64,000 nucleotides of DNA from positions 53,072,001 to 53,136,000 of the forward strand of contig OX638156.1 of assembly GCA_951804945.1 (NCBI GenBank), read 5' to 3'. This DNA comes from Podarcis cretensis (taxonomy: Eukaryota). The notes below the pieces were generated by a model that saw nothing but the letters and a program-made list of their open reading frames with translations, did no database searches and was not told the origin of the DNA. Below are positions 1-12,979 of the stretch, piece after piece. How positions within the stretch are numbered: position 1 is the stretch's first letter; each line of letters opens with the position of its first letter. Position numbers and translations under genes: made by a program.

Positions 1-1799
1 TACTAGCAAGCGAAGACAAGATCTGTTCTGTCACTCTAAAAGAACATGCAGTTTTCAGTTTGATTTATTTTGCATAAGAACTCCACTGCTCAAAAAAGAA
101 AAACACCCACCTCAATGGCCCTAAAGTTAAATATATTCCAAGTTTGACAGTGTTTTTTTAACAAAAAACTAAGGAAGTTATACGAACACAAGGAAGAATG
201 AATTTCCCTCTAACAGCAATACCTAAACCACCAACATGGTAATATATTCTCCACATAAGAACAAACGGTAGTGCTTTTAAGGATGAAACTATGATCCAAT
301 AGATAAAGCAATTGTTAATTTACCGTGAGTACTTTTTAAGGTATCATTTTTAAAGGTATCTTATAAAACACATGAATGCAAAATCTTTCCTGTATTTCAC
401 AACATTAACATCTTCCACCAGAGCTCCATGACACAGGAAGAAAATACTACTAATCAAGCTATTTGATATCATGAATATAATATAGAAGATTTCAAACCCT
501 ATCATGAAAAGATGCTGTGAAGATTCCAACAGCCAGTTTAGGAACCCAACTCTTGTAACAAAAGAAACTGTTCATAAAATATCCAATATTTACATTCTGA
601 AAGATGCTCAAAATGCTGCAATCATGTTATAATTTTATGAAGTACATCTCCAAACGGGGTTCCATTGCTGAAAAACTGCAGCATGACTAACACAGCTCCA
701 TTATAAAAGGCAACGTAACCTAGCACTTGTTAGCAGCCAGTGCAACACTGGACTGAGTTTCCATGACAACCAGGGGGAAAATATATAAAAGCAAACTACA
801 GTTAAGCGAAAATTACACTCCATGACAATACATGCAAAATGCAGGAACATTTGCAGTACAGCTTTTGATGAAATGCCCCAATGTACAATGTCAGTGAAAA
901 ATAATAATTAACTACAATAATTGCCAAGACTTATTTACCACAGTTGTTTGCCTCCATTTGGTGTAAACACCCTTAAAGTAACAAAAATAAAGAAAATAAA
1001 ACCATTTGCACCTGCAATACACCAAGTTGTTGCTTTTAAAAAAATATATATGGCAATTTAAAATTTGGCATTTGGATATTCTGTAGCCATTTCACTTCTG
1101 TAGACAATGGCTGGTGAATAGGTTTGTAACTTGCTTCCTAGGAGAACATATGGCTTTGAATTATATATTAAGATACTGAGAATTCTGGAATTGGCTGGAA
1201 CAAGACATTGTTTTCATTGTTTAAGGACTTGCACTTTGAATGTCTCCTGCTTACAGGGTAGTTAGTGCCTGTTTAAAAAATCAAGAATTCCACAAAGAAA
1301 AAATAATAACAACAGTAGAGCAGGTATGTCAAGTACACTGACAAGTCAGACAGGCAGAAACCTATAGCAAGGTCATTTATTCAAACTACTCATCAACCAT
1401 TTTGCTGAGATCAGCAACAAGTAAATGTGAGCATAACAGTTTCTAATTATTTGTTTATATTTACCCTGCTCTTAAATTTCAAAATTCTCCCAGAGCAATT
1501 TACCCAAAAAAATTGAACCAAATAAAACATACACTCATAAAAAATATTTCAAAAAGAACTAAATTCACATTAAAACAGAGTAAACCAGAGGTAATCACCA
1601 CCATAGACATTTTATCTTGGACTTCATCTCCAAAGGCAGAAGGACTCAGAAAAGAATCTAAACACTGGGACAGTTTTGTGTGAGAGCATAATCTGTAAAC
1701 TACACTGAGTCCTAAAACCACAGAGTTTAGAAATATAAATGCCATCATTTTGAATCATGTCCAGAAATGGCCCGAGAATCAGTGTGGCTGCTTTAAAAA

Positions 1800-2180
1800 C
1801 TAGTAATAAATACCGGTACTCCAAATACCCAGGGCCAGTCAGCAATCTAGTTTCAGTACTTCTCACTGACTTATTTTTCTGAATAGTTTTCAAAGGGCAT
1901 TCCCATGCACAACACATTACTCTAAACAGTATGTTACTAGATCATGGATGCTGCATCCACATTCTCCATCCGAGACAGGCCACAGCTGGCAAACCTGTCT
2001 ACATTGGTGAATGGTGCATGTACCCTTAAGAATGCAAACATGATCCTTAAGGGAAAAGCATAATCCTATCCAGAACAGGATGTACACCAACTTTCTGGTC
2101 AGAAAACACCCATCAACAAACAGTACCTCCACATTATCTGGATTAAGCTTCATTTTATTAGCCCTACTCCAGCTCATTAA
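1800..2180 (-). mobile_element. Decayed L2/CR1-clade LINE reverse-transcriptase fragment (ends approximate)
   Basis: Minus-strand translation WSRANKMKLNPDNVEVLFV resembles the WxxxNxLKLNxxKTE motif at the end of L2/CR1 RT. Confidence 0.6.
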
Positions 2181-2940
2181 TCATTGCAAACATTGGTTCA
2201 GAACTTCCACAACTTAAATGGACATGTAATTTGTAGAATTTTAACAAGCTGGGATTTTTCTAGCTACAGTACTTATATCTGGGTAAAGTTGTTTTTTTTC
2301 TTGTATGTTACCATAAATACCTTAATAGATTTAGGTAAAAAACACACCCAAAACCATAGCTTGTACTGTATTCCACATGAAACTGTCAATATTCAAACAT
2401 TCAGTTTTTTACTTTATGCATTACAGATTTCACTCTCAGATTGCTAACTACAAACAGTTCAACCATTTTGAGGAGCATTGTGAGGAGAGAGAATATTAAG
2501 ACAATTCATGTCCTGGAAACTAACAGTGCCTTGAATCTACAAGGTTCCTGATACTTATTCCCCTGCCCTGTCCACCACCACTGTACATAACTCACCAGAA
2601 CTGTAACCCTTTATTATACTGGGAAAGTTACATAGGGCTACCCTGCCTACCCTGTTTATAAAGCTGTTCACTGGACAGCACCAGAAGCATATTATTTTTC
2701 ACGAAGCTTAATGTTTAAACATAGTTACTTCAATATACTTGATTGGGGAGCAGAGATTAGATAGGTATCTTCAGTAGCTAAATATATGAAGCACAATTTG
2801 ATGCAAATAATTGAATGAGTAAATATCAGGTGTTTAGAGGAGTTCTGTAGTATAGTACACTCTTAAAAGAACAGCTTACATTATACAATGTGTGTTACAG
2901 ATTTGCTCCACCAGCTTTCTCCCAAGTACTAGCCTCCAGA

Positions 2941-3218
2941 GCCCTCATCTCACTTCAGGCCGTGGGATCCGACGTTTGTCTATGGACAGCTTTCAAGGTC
3001 ATGTGGCTAGCATGCCTAAACCGCTTGTGGCACAACGGGACACCAAGAGGAGTGCCAGAGCACACGGAAACGCCATTTACATTCCCGCTGCAGCAGCATC
3101 TATTTTTCTACTCACGTTGGTATGCTTTCAAACTGCTGGGATGGCAGGAGCTGGGAGAGAGCAATGGGAGCTCACCCCATTACGCAGATTCAAAACACTG
3201 ACCTTCCGGTCAGCAAGG
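2941..3218 (-). mobile_element. Old truncated Sauria-type SINE
   Basis: Shares CACGGAAACGCCATTTAC, GGCAGGAGCTGG and GGGAGCTCACCCC blocks with the full copies at 17258 and 34550. Confidence 0.85.
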
Positions 3219-5184
3219 TTATTATCTGCCCGATGTAACATAGTGAGCACAACTGATACAAAATAGCATGCACACATGCTTCCAACATTGTTAAAACTGC
3301 CATGCCAGAGCAATAGTCAACAAATTATGTGTTTCTTTGTGTGATTTTTTTTGTTCCAGTTTGACAAGAGTGAAGTTTAAAAAAATTGTTTATATGTTTA
3401 AAGCTATACCCTGCTTTTTTTTGCAGAGCAAATAAGAAGTCATACTAAACCAGGTTGGTAAGGAGATATGGCAACAGAATACTAGATACGCCAACAGGTT
3501 GCTAGACTGACTACACAAAAATAAATACTCTTAAGCATCTGATCATGTGATGAGCTGCTCTGTTGCCCAAGTGGTCAGAGGCCACGGTTGGCCTTGTGCC
3601 AGTGTCAAGATGACACCCAGTCACAGTACTCACTCTTAGTCCCAAAACAGTACAGTGTCATAAGGACACCGATGCAAAAAGAGGGCAGATCAAGAAGATG
3701 AAAGGTATGTAAAGCCTAAGTTGTACTTTTGTACATTAATAGAAAGGCTCTGTAGGAGAAACTTTGCCTGGGAGGTTATCCAGACCCCTGACACTCAGAG
3801 ACAGAGGGCTAGGGCAAATATAGTACAGTAGATCAATAGAATCAGCTACCCAATACTATATACAGATATAGGACATTTGTACTATGCCACAGCAAAAACC
3901 CAAGCAAAACAAAATCTTTAAATTACACAACCATATTTACAGACCACTGTTGCCTGCCTTAAAAGTATGTTTTAGGACTACAGCCAATACTCAGATGTCA
4001 AATAACTCCAGAGTGGGGGAGAACTCAGGCTGAATAAATAGCACTGTTGTGACACAGTGGGAAGGACATTTTTTCGGTTGAAATCCCATAACGATTCACG
4101 TATCAAATTCTGAAATAAGCAATCACCAATCTATCAAAAATAGCTCTTCTGAAATTAATGCTCTGTCTTAACTAAAAATAAATACAAGAAAGGAGAGCTA
4201 AATGAATGTACATACATTGGTCTTATCTTTTAAATAATTGGATTATATATTATTAGGGCTTTGGCATGAAAAAACAAAGCTCAATGTCAGCAATAGCATC
4301 AGTGCAATGCAGTGGCCACCCATAAAATCTTGCTTTAACGTTTGTATTGTGTCATTACCTCTTTCTAGGTGCTTTGGAGGTCAAACTGGAAGCCTTGGAA
4401 TATGAAGGAGCCTTCAAATTAACTACAGAAGCACAAATGCTCCAGAAATTCCTCTGGAAGACAACAACAGGCAATAGCATACAATCACCTGGCCTCCACC
4501 AAATGTGCATCTAACTGCTGGCATTGTCTGAAATTAGGGATCATTTGCTTATTTCTAGCAAGCACTAATTGTTTCAGAAAGCAAAAAAGAAGAAGTAGTT
4601 TACAACTGGAATAATAGTTATACTTAACCACAGTGATACCACTAGTTTAATCTCAATTGCATCCCTGCCTTCCTCCAGGAAGCTTAAGGTGCAGTATATT
4701 ATGTCAGTGCATTTGATCCTCACAACAATCCTGTTAATTAGTTTACCAGTGTTAGAAACTCAGAAATATAATCTAATACCCAATGGCACCTTAAACCTAG
4801 GTTACAGTCGCCACAATGGAATGCCCCCCATGAAGTTTGTTGCTGTTGTTTTCATTTCTATACCACTTTATATTTTAAAGAACAAATCAAAGTGGTTTAC
4901 AAGACATTAAAACATCAAATAAAACAATTCAAAATAAAACAAATTCAAGTTTCAAGGAAAATATTTCAGATCCTTCTCTAAATTACATTTTGTTTTCCCC
5001 AGAAACCAACCTGGCATTTTGTGGTTGCAGTTGGACCTGTGCCAATTGCAAAACATGCCTAGCACATGGCTGATTTCTAACACAGGATTAAACAGAGAGG
5101 ACTGACCCCAGTTACTTCAAGGCTAAATAGGGATTTGAATTCAGGTCTCTCAAATTCATCCAGCGCCCTGCAGCATGTTAGCTC

Positions 5185-5222
5185 CCCATGGTGAACAATT
5201 CCCATGGTGAACAATTCCCATG
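5185..5222. repeat. 16-bp tandem duplication
   Basis: CCCATGGTGAACAATT x2 plus CCCATG. Confidence 0.9.
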
Positions 5223-6661
5223 CCAAGTTTGTACAGACAGTGCAATAACAATTCATGGGGTATGTAGTTCTCTATGTCTCAGTCAGAGCAGACACCATGG
5301 GAAGGCTGTTTCCAATTACATTTCCTTTACAAGTCTAACATACAACAATCCTTAGGTAAAATCCTATAGCAAACTCAAGGCAGTCAGTTCCCAGAAACAT
5401 TTTTAAAACATGCACTGCACCCAATATTGATGGATGGACACATGATCACTTTAAGCTGACAGCTCAGTAAAGGATGATATATACACTAAAACATTGAAAG
5501 AAACTAAATTTCAACCCACCTGGCATGATTTTTGGAACTACTATATGTAGAATTAAAATACAATTCATGGTATGGCTCATCACACATATTGAAATACTAA
5601 GTCACTTAAAATATATATACTGTATTGTTCTTTTTTCCTTTTACTTATGATCGTTTTCCCCTCTTTTTGTCTCATTTTCTCCTCTTAATTTTTTGTCTTT
5701 TAATCACTTTCTAACATTAAATGCAATGGGCTTAAGAAGGAAGGGGGAATGTTTGCATTCAGTAAAAATATATAGGCAACTTGACGTAAACTATCATGAT
5801 TATTATTTTAATTGGAGCTGGTAAGGATTAATGATCTACTCCAATTCATCCAGAGACCTTCCTTCTTCTGCCCACCATTAATATACTAATCCTATGACTG
5901 GGAGACGGTCCAGACTGGGTTGTCCTGAATAACTACAGGAGACACCGGAGATGCAAATAAACTCTGATTTAAATTTAGGGAAAGGGGTCAACATACCAAT
6001 TCTTTTAATGATTATGCTTTAGTAAAGCTAGTCACTCAATAATTTACAAATTTCTAGAACAAAAAACCATTGGTCTTCAACCATTTTAAAAGTATGAGAT
6101 GTTCAAAACTAATTTTTAGTCCATCTCCACTTGATCAATTCTGGAACATCCTCTGAAATGTTGAGTGTCCTCCATTTTTCCAGTGTGAACTCCAGTTAGC
6201 ACACACTGTATACCTCATGACTGGATTTTAACAGTGGCATGCTGCTGCCCCCACAAACATTTTTTTTTTTTTAAATCTATTTCCTATATACAGGCCATCT
6301 GCACAGAGGTTGAGAAGCAGTGACATTAGTTAGCTATGGTCACCCACCTATCCTGGCAATCTACTCCACAATGCAGAGTTCCTTTCTCTATTGCATAAAT
6401 ATATACAAATATTGCCTGGTAGCTTCTTCCACATGCTAACATTACAGTCCACACATCTAAAAAATGTCATATTTTTACCAGAAGCATATCCAAAGTTGGA
6501 TTTTTTTTTACATGAAATATCTGATAGTAACCAAGATAAAAACCCTGCCTGTGACAGTGAATTGAGATCAAAAGCATTAATCAGATAGCTTTTTAAATAC
6601 AATATGTGATTTTATAAAATCTTGCATTATTAAAGAAATAGAGAAGAATCTACGCTTTAAA

Positions 6662-6725
6662 TTTTCTGTATATAAAGCAGGCTGAGTACTAGTTTTTCTG
6701 TATATAAAGCAGGCTGAGTACTAGT
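6662..6725. repeat. Perfect 32-bp tandem duplication
   Basis: TTTTCTGTATATAAAGCAGGCTGAGTACTAGT x2. Confidence 0.95.
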
Positions 6726-8983
6726 TTTAACCAACAGACCCTTCTCGACTTTCTTTAAAGACGCAAAGAGACTGCCTACAGACTCCTTGAGGATAAATAA
6801 TTCAGAGCCTAAATGCCAAGGGCAGTGCAGCAAACTGGAATGTTGCATTTATCCAGATGGCAGGGACAAAGCAGACAGTCGTATGTGTGCCTCACATCAC
6901 TGCATAAAAGCAACTGCAAACGTGACCTGGGAAGGCAATGGGGAGAAAATACTGTTACCAAAGTTCTCTCTCAGCTCTTGATCCCCAATACTACTCACTG
7001 TATGTCTATGGGACAGTGAATGATGACATCCCAACTGATCTATGCTCGCATAATTTTGGTCTATGCTCACACAAATAGTGTTGAATAGAACAAACGTGGT
7101 TCACATAGTGAACTAAAAAGATATTGCAGTTTGCTGACAGATTTAGCTACTGCTGAAGTTGCAAAGTTTGTCATGGAGGCTATTTTTCATACCTAAAACT
7201 TGGTTTTAGATAATGAAAGGGGGAATTGAAAATGAGATAAAAACTATTCATAACAGCAACGGTAGGCTCCCCAAAATGGTATTTCATAACTCTACAATGC
7301 AGCTTAAATATAATCAAGATGTCATGTAAGATATGCAATGTAAGCCTTTCAGTTTTTGAACAATGATTAAGTTTGTTTAACCAAAGATCACAACAAAAGC
7401 TTCAGAAAAGAAGAGACCTGGATATCATGTCCCATAGATTTATAAAAAGGATAGGTGGTCAGGTCTGGCCTGGCTATTTGAGTTTCAGTGTTATCCTCTA
7501 AGATAGCAAGCCCCATCAGCATATTTACAAAGTTGTAAATTTATTTGAAAGCACAGCCAAAAAACGGAGAATGACGAACTGACAAAACAAGCTTCTGGAA
7601 CACCTTTTTTCCACTCTGGGAAACATTTGTTACTCTTTGCCTACCTCTGGGACAACTACATGCAGAATTAAAACACGTGATTATATGTGTGAAGTATCTA
7701 CATTAATACAACAAAAAACCACCATTATTTATGAGGCAATCCTTTTCATTTGTAACTCATCTGGAGAAAATTAATACACACAGGACAACTAAGAAAGCAG
7801 CTCTATTGAAGGGAAACTTACTGAATCCATCTTTAACAGCTCACTGCAAAGTAGATCTTAAGATACTTTGTGTTGGACGCTTTCCATTTACCCTCAAGCA
7901 AACTCATCAGATCCAGAGAGCTGCAATCCCACGCACACCTATTAGGGAGAAACCCCATTCAGCACACTGGGACTGACTTCCAACTAAACATTTACAGTAT
8001 GTCAGGCTGCACCATTTGCTTGGTAGACAGCATGCCAACACTAGCCACAGTGAGTTGGCAACAGTGAATGTAAATACTTCTGACTTTGAGAATAAAATCA
8101 ATTAAAGGTCAAATTTCTAAATATACTCAAATTCAACTGCAAATCAATTTTGACATTTATTCTGAAGTTAGTATTTGTTATATTTAATCAATTGTCAAAG
8201 CAAACCACACTCACTGCTGCTCATCACCCATGTACTCTGAGGAATAAACCCAGTTTGTCAACAGACTTTTATTGAGTTCCATCGCAGCACTGGAACTCTG
8301 ACCACTCCATCCATATTAAGCAAGCAACCAATTTTCCTGGACAGCCACTCTGAGACGTAAGGGGATGCCCCTATTGCCCTGAGATCCCTTAGGAGGAAAT
8401 GCAGGATATAAATCTAATAAAAAGAAATAACCTTCATCCCACAATCCTTAAAGTGATGTCTTCCAAGTTCTCTTGTCACTCACATCATGTTTTCCAAACC
8501 TCTTTCACCATCTAGGGAACCAGGCAACACACATAAGAGGGCAGATATGATGCATGGGTCTCCAATTGCTTATTAATTAACACACAATTCCACATTCACC
8601 TTAGTCACTTACAATGACTAAGCAATCAGCAAGTCACTTTCAACGTTTCTACAGCTTTCTGCTTCTCTCCATTACAATGTATTCCTGCCTTGCCTATCCT
8701 TCTTTCCCGTAGTATCCTATGCATCTCTAACACTATAAATGACCCCACTCTTCCCATTGATTCAAACTGATTTATTTAACTTGGCTTATTGGACTGCATA
8801 CGCAAACAAGAGGGAATGCCTTTAAAACCCAACACTAACAATCATAAGGAAAATGATGCCATCTGGGATTCAAAACATACTTTTCCCAAAAGCTGAATGA
8901 AGTACTGTCCCGCATACAGTCTAGCAGCAAAGTACAAGTCAGATTAAATGTTCTGACTCAAGGATCAGTACATTTGACTACTA

Positions 8984-9300
8984 CAGTGGTGCCTCGCAAG
9001 ACGAAATTAATTCGTTCCGCGAGTTTTTTCATCTTGCGATTTTTTCGTCTTGCGAAGCACTGACTTTGGAAAAGCTTCAAAAATCACCAAAGTCTTCAAA
9101 AACCTCAAAAAAGGCTATGAGTTGCTCCTCGAAGTGAATACATGGTTTTAAGAAAAAGGAAACAAACTTGCAAGACGTTTTCGTCTTGCAAAGCAAGCCC
9201 ATAGGGAAATCCGTCTTGCGAAGCAACTCAAAAAACGAAAAACTCTTTCATTTTGAGAGTTTTTCATCTTACAAGGCATTCATCTTGCGAGGTACCACTG
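8984..9300. mobile_element. Tc1/mariner-superfamily (Tigger-like) MITE
   Basis: 22-bp TIRs CAGTGGTGCCTCGCAAGACGAA / TTCATCTTGCGAGGTACCACTG (2 mismatches), TA on both sides (8982-83, 9301-02), internal repeats of TCGTCTTGCGA. Confidence 0.9.
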
Positions 9301-10877
9301 TATAGGCAGTGACCATTTTGTGTGTGCCCAATCGACACACAACTACCAGCACGTGGGTCCTTTTGGACCTGGAATAGGGCAGAATGGGGGTGGAACAGGG
9401 TTATGCGTGCTCTGCCAACGCACACGCAGGGGCCAGGAATGGAACTCCCACTCAAAATGGCTGCCACCTGTGTGTGTATATATGAATACATAGAAAAGGT
9501 TGCCCTTGAAGTAATTACTAAAAAAGTGCTGCAGTATTCAGAACATTCTAACACACTTCGCAAATACTTCTGATTCATTAAATTCAAATCTACAAAGAAT
9601 TCTAGAAAACAGACATTTACAAATATCATTCCATTTAGGAAAATATCCTTCCTGTCATCAGTGTCTCCACCAACAGCAAGGTTTACCAAAATCCTAAAGA
9701 CATTTATGAATCACTGAAGAACAGAAAATCTCTCCCACAAAAAATGAATTTTAAAAAACCAAGAGAATAGGCTTTCTATTTTGCAGATGTAAAGTATAAA
9801 TAAAAGAACAATGCAGGCGTTTCAATTTCACTCCCAGCTCAGTAACCATAACCACTCATACCATATACATCCCTGTAGTCTGAACATTAACACATGCAAT
9901 TGCTTCTTGATATGTTTCCTCTCACTGCTGCCTTTTCCACTTAATAATCCTATTGCTAAAAATCAGTATGTTTACCTATAACAGCACCAAAAATATCATT
10001 TTAACCCAATGTTTACAAACCACACTTAGAACAGGAAATGAGCAAACTCAAAGCCAATCTCTGAAATATTTGCACCTTATTTGCATGAACTACATTAGAA
10101 TTATATGGATCAAACAAACAGAAGTTATATAAATTTTGGCTTAGTGAAAAAAAGAAATACTGCTTTTACAGCACAGCTTGACTAAGCACAGCTCAACTAA
10201 CCACTCAAACTAGCATAGGATCTGCCTGCTTAGCTCAACAGAAGCCTGAAACAATATCAAAGCAGAGGAGAGAAGCTTAAAACAACATACTCATTCTATT
10301 ATTTGAACAGCAAAAAATAAAGTACTTAATATTTCATCAATTTTTAAAGCTTATATTATTGTTATATCTTGATAAGGTAAGTATTTTCAAGCAAATAAAA
10401 ATATTATATTTTCATTTTACCTTAAGCTAAATGTAAAGCAAGAGTTGAAGGTTTTTATTTCGTTAAAAGATTTCCCTAATTGATATAGCATAAAGAAAGC
10501 CAGACAATACTCAGAGTAGTATAACAGCGGAATGAAAAAGAAGCCTATGCTTGTGAACCAAATATTCTTCAAGGACCTATATGATCTCAATATTAGCACA
10601 GTGGAATATAATCAAATTGCACTAACTATAAAGGTCGCCTGTATGATTCTATCCTTGTTACCAGGTAACTCTACCTCTGTGATATTCCTAAGGTTAAACA
10701 ACATATCTGTATGTGGAAATCCAATTCCAGCAGACTTGGAGAGAGAGAGAGAGAGAAATGCATACTTTCTGACTACAAAACAAAACACATTTTAGGCTCC
10801 TTTTCTATCTAGCATACAATATACAAACTTCTCAGTTCAAATAATTCACTTATTTTTCAACTACCGTTTTGATTTTT

Positions 10878-11092
10878 ATATTTATATCCCACATTTTCTC
10901 CAAGGAGCTCAAAGTGGCGTACACACTTCTCCCCCTCTCCATTTCATCCTCACAACAACAACTCTATGAGGTCGGTTGGTCTGACAGATAATGACTGGCC
11001 CAATATCACCCTATGAGCTTCATGGCTAAGTGGGGATTTGAACCCTGCTTCCTAAGATCTGAGTTCAGCACTCTAACTCCCTATACCATGCC
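10878..11092 (-). mobile_element. tRNA-derived CORE/MIR-like squamate SINE
   Basis: GGGATTTGAACCC (reverse B box), ATCCTCACAACAAC core-like segment, TTTATATCCCAC tail; a related decayed copy lies near 4660-4740 and 5070-5170. Confidence 0.7.
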
Positions 11093-12979
11093 GTCTACTG
11101 ATACCCACTGTTGCCCATTAAAAGTGCCTCAGATATTGACATTTTACTCTGGGAATTCCCTTTCACTACAACTCTGGGAGTCATTTTTTTAAAAAATCAC
11201 AGATTTAAGCTCCCTTCTTAACTAGAAGAAACGTCTGCAAAAAAAGCTTAAAATCCATTCTGAAAGCAACACCTATTTGTTTTCTGAGGGTGTTTTACCC
11301 AGGAAATGGAACTGATAATGGAATGGCCATGTTGAAAAAAATAACAAATACTGTGAGCTGGAAAAACTAAGAAGCAAAATTACCATCGTCCATTACAGTT
11401 GATCATCTGTGAATTAAAACTACAAAGTGTTCAAACAAAAATATATGTTACCTAATTTTACTACATTCTTTGCCTTAGCTATTTTGTCCCCCATTCAGTT
11501 TCTAGAATTATCCCCTGAGATGCATTTGGCTTTAAAAGACAGTGACTGATCTGCTCACTCTTAATCTATAAGGCCAGGTTCCTGGTGACAAGGGAGATCT
11601 GTGTACAAACTGAGGGGGAGGGGACAAGTTCCTTCCTGCAACTGAATATCAAAACAGAGCCACAACTTTAATGAGCAGGAGCCGATCTGAACACACCAGC
11701 CCTTGTGTCTCAATGAACAGACTGATTTTCAATCCACACGCACACATCCCTCACAAGACAGCTGCTTTCTCTGGGAAAAGGGCAGAGGGCATTGGAGGGC
11801 TCAGCTCATCCAAGCTTCTTGGAGAAGGGGGGGGGGCAGACGATTTGCCTTTCTAAACATGTAATCAATCCTCTTTCTTAAGAGACAGGAGGAGTGAGAG
11901 GGATCCTAAATTCTGTTTGGAGACATGCAGCTGCTTTTTATTTCTTGTTTTAAGAGAAAGGAAGACAATCCACAGAAGAAACTAAGAAAAAGAAACAAAA
12001 GGCAGAAGAGCTCTTCTTTTACACATATACACAGAGCTAACACCAACTGAAAGATGATGAAATGGGAAAAGGAAATTACCATAGCAAGCATAATCTTCAC
12101 TGAATCTATTCCAACAAATAACATCCCTCCTCCTAGACATTTTGCTAGTACCCTGGGCTTTCAACTCCATAACTTCCACTCCTTTCTGCTGTGAGTTTTA
12201 CCAGACTCTGACCTCACCTCATCCCCACCCCCACTCAATCCTGCACCATCTGCCTCTGCAGCACCAGCGCTCCACACCTCCCTGTTTCAGCAGCTGGTTT
12301 CCAACTACAAAGCATCTATGCAATATACTCCATCTCCACGTTTCTGCTGTGTGCCCAATCTCCCATACCCATCACATCCCAGTCAAGCTCTAGAGACTCA
12401 ACCCTTGTCTGTCTTTAGCAACCCTCAACCTTCCTTTCCACGTACCATTACTACACACTCACACACACACCAGCTCATCAGCTTCTTCATGAACACCAAC
12501 ACATTCTGCCCACTTCCTTTCACTTTTTGTGACATACAACACAGTCCTGTAGTTACCTCAACCTGTACAACAGATCTGTACCTACAACAACTAATACAGA
12601 TTAGAACCTGCACCCCCAAAGAGGCAATTAGAAATGTGGGAAGACACTTGTGCATCTACCAGAGGATGAGATTGAAGGGCTTTAAAATCCCACACACCCC
12701 AATGCTCTTTGGCCACCACTTTTACCACAAATGCTTATGGAAATAAAACAAAATGTTCCTTCTCACCAAAATAGAAGAGAACGTACCAACGTGCGCTACA
12801 ATGTAATCTCAACGCCCTTTCCTCATATACAGATGGGCCTCTCTTTTCTTTTTAATCCCCCGCAAAACCCCACCACTTCGTTTTGACTAAATACCCTTCC
12901 AACCCGCCCCCCACATACTCGACACACACAAATACACACACGTGGCCAGTATTACCCTTCCCCCCTCGTTTTCACCGCA

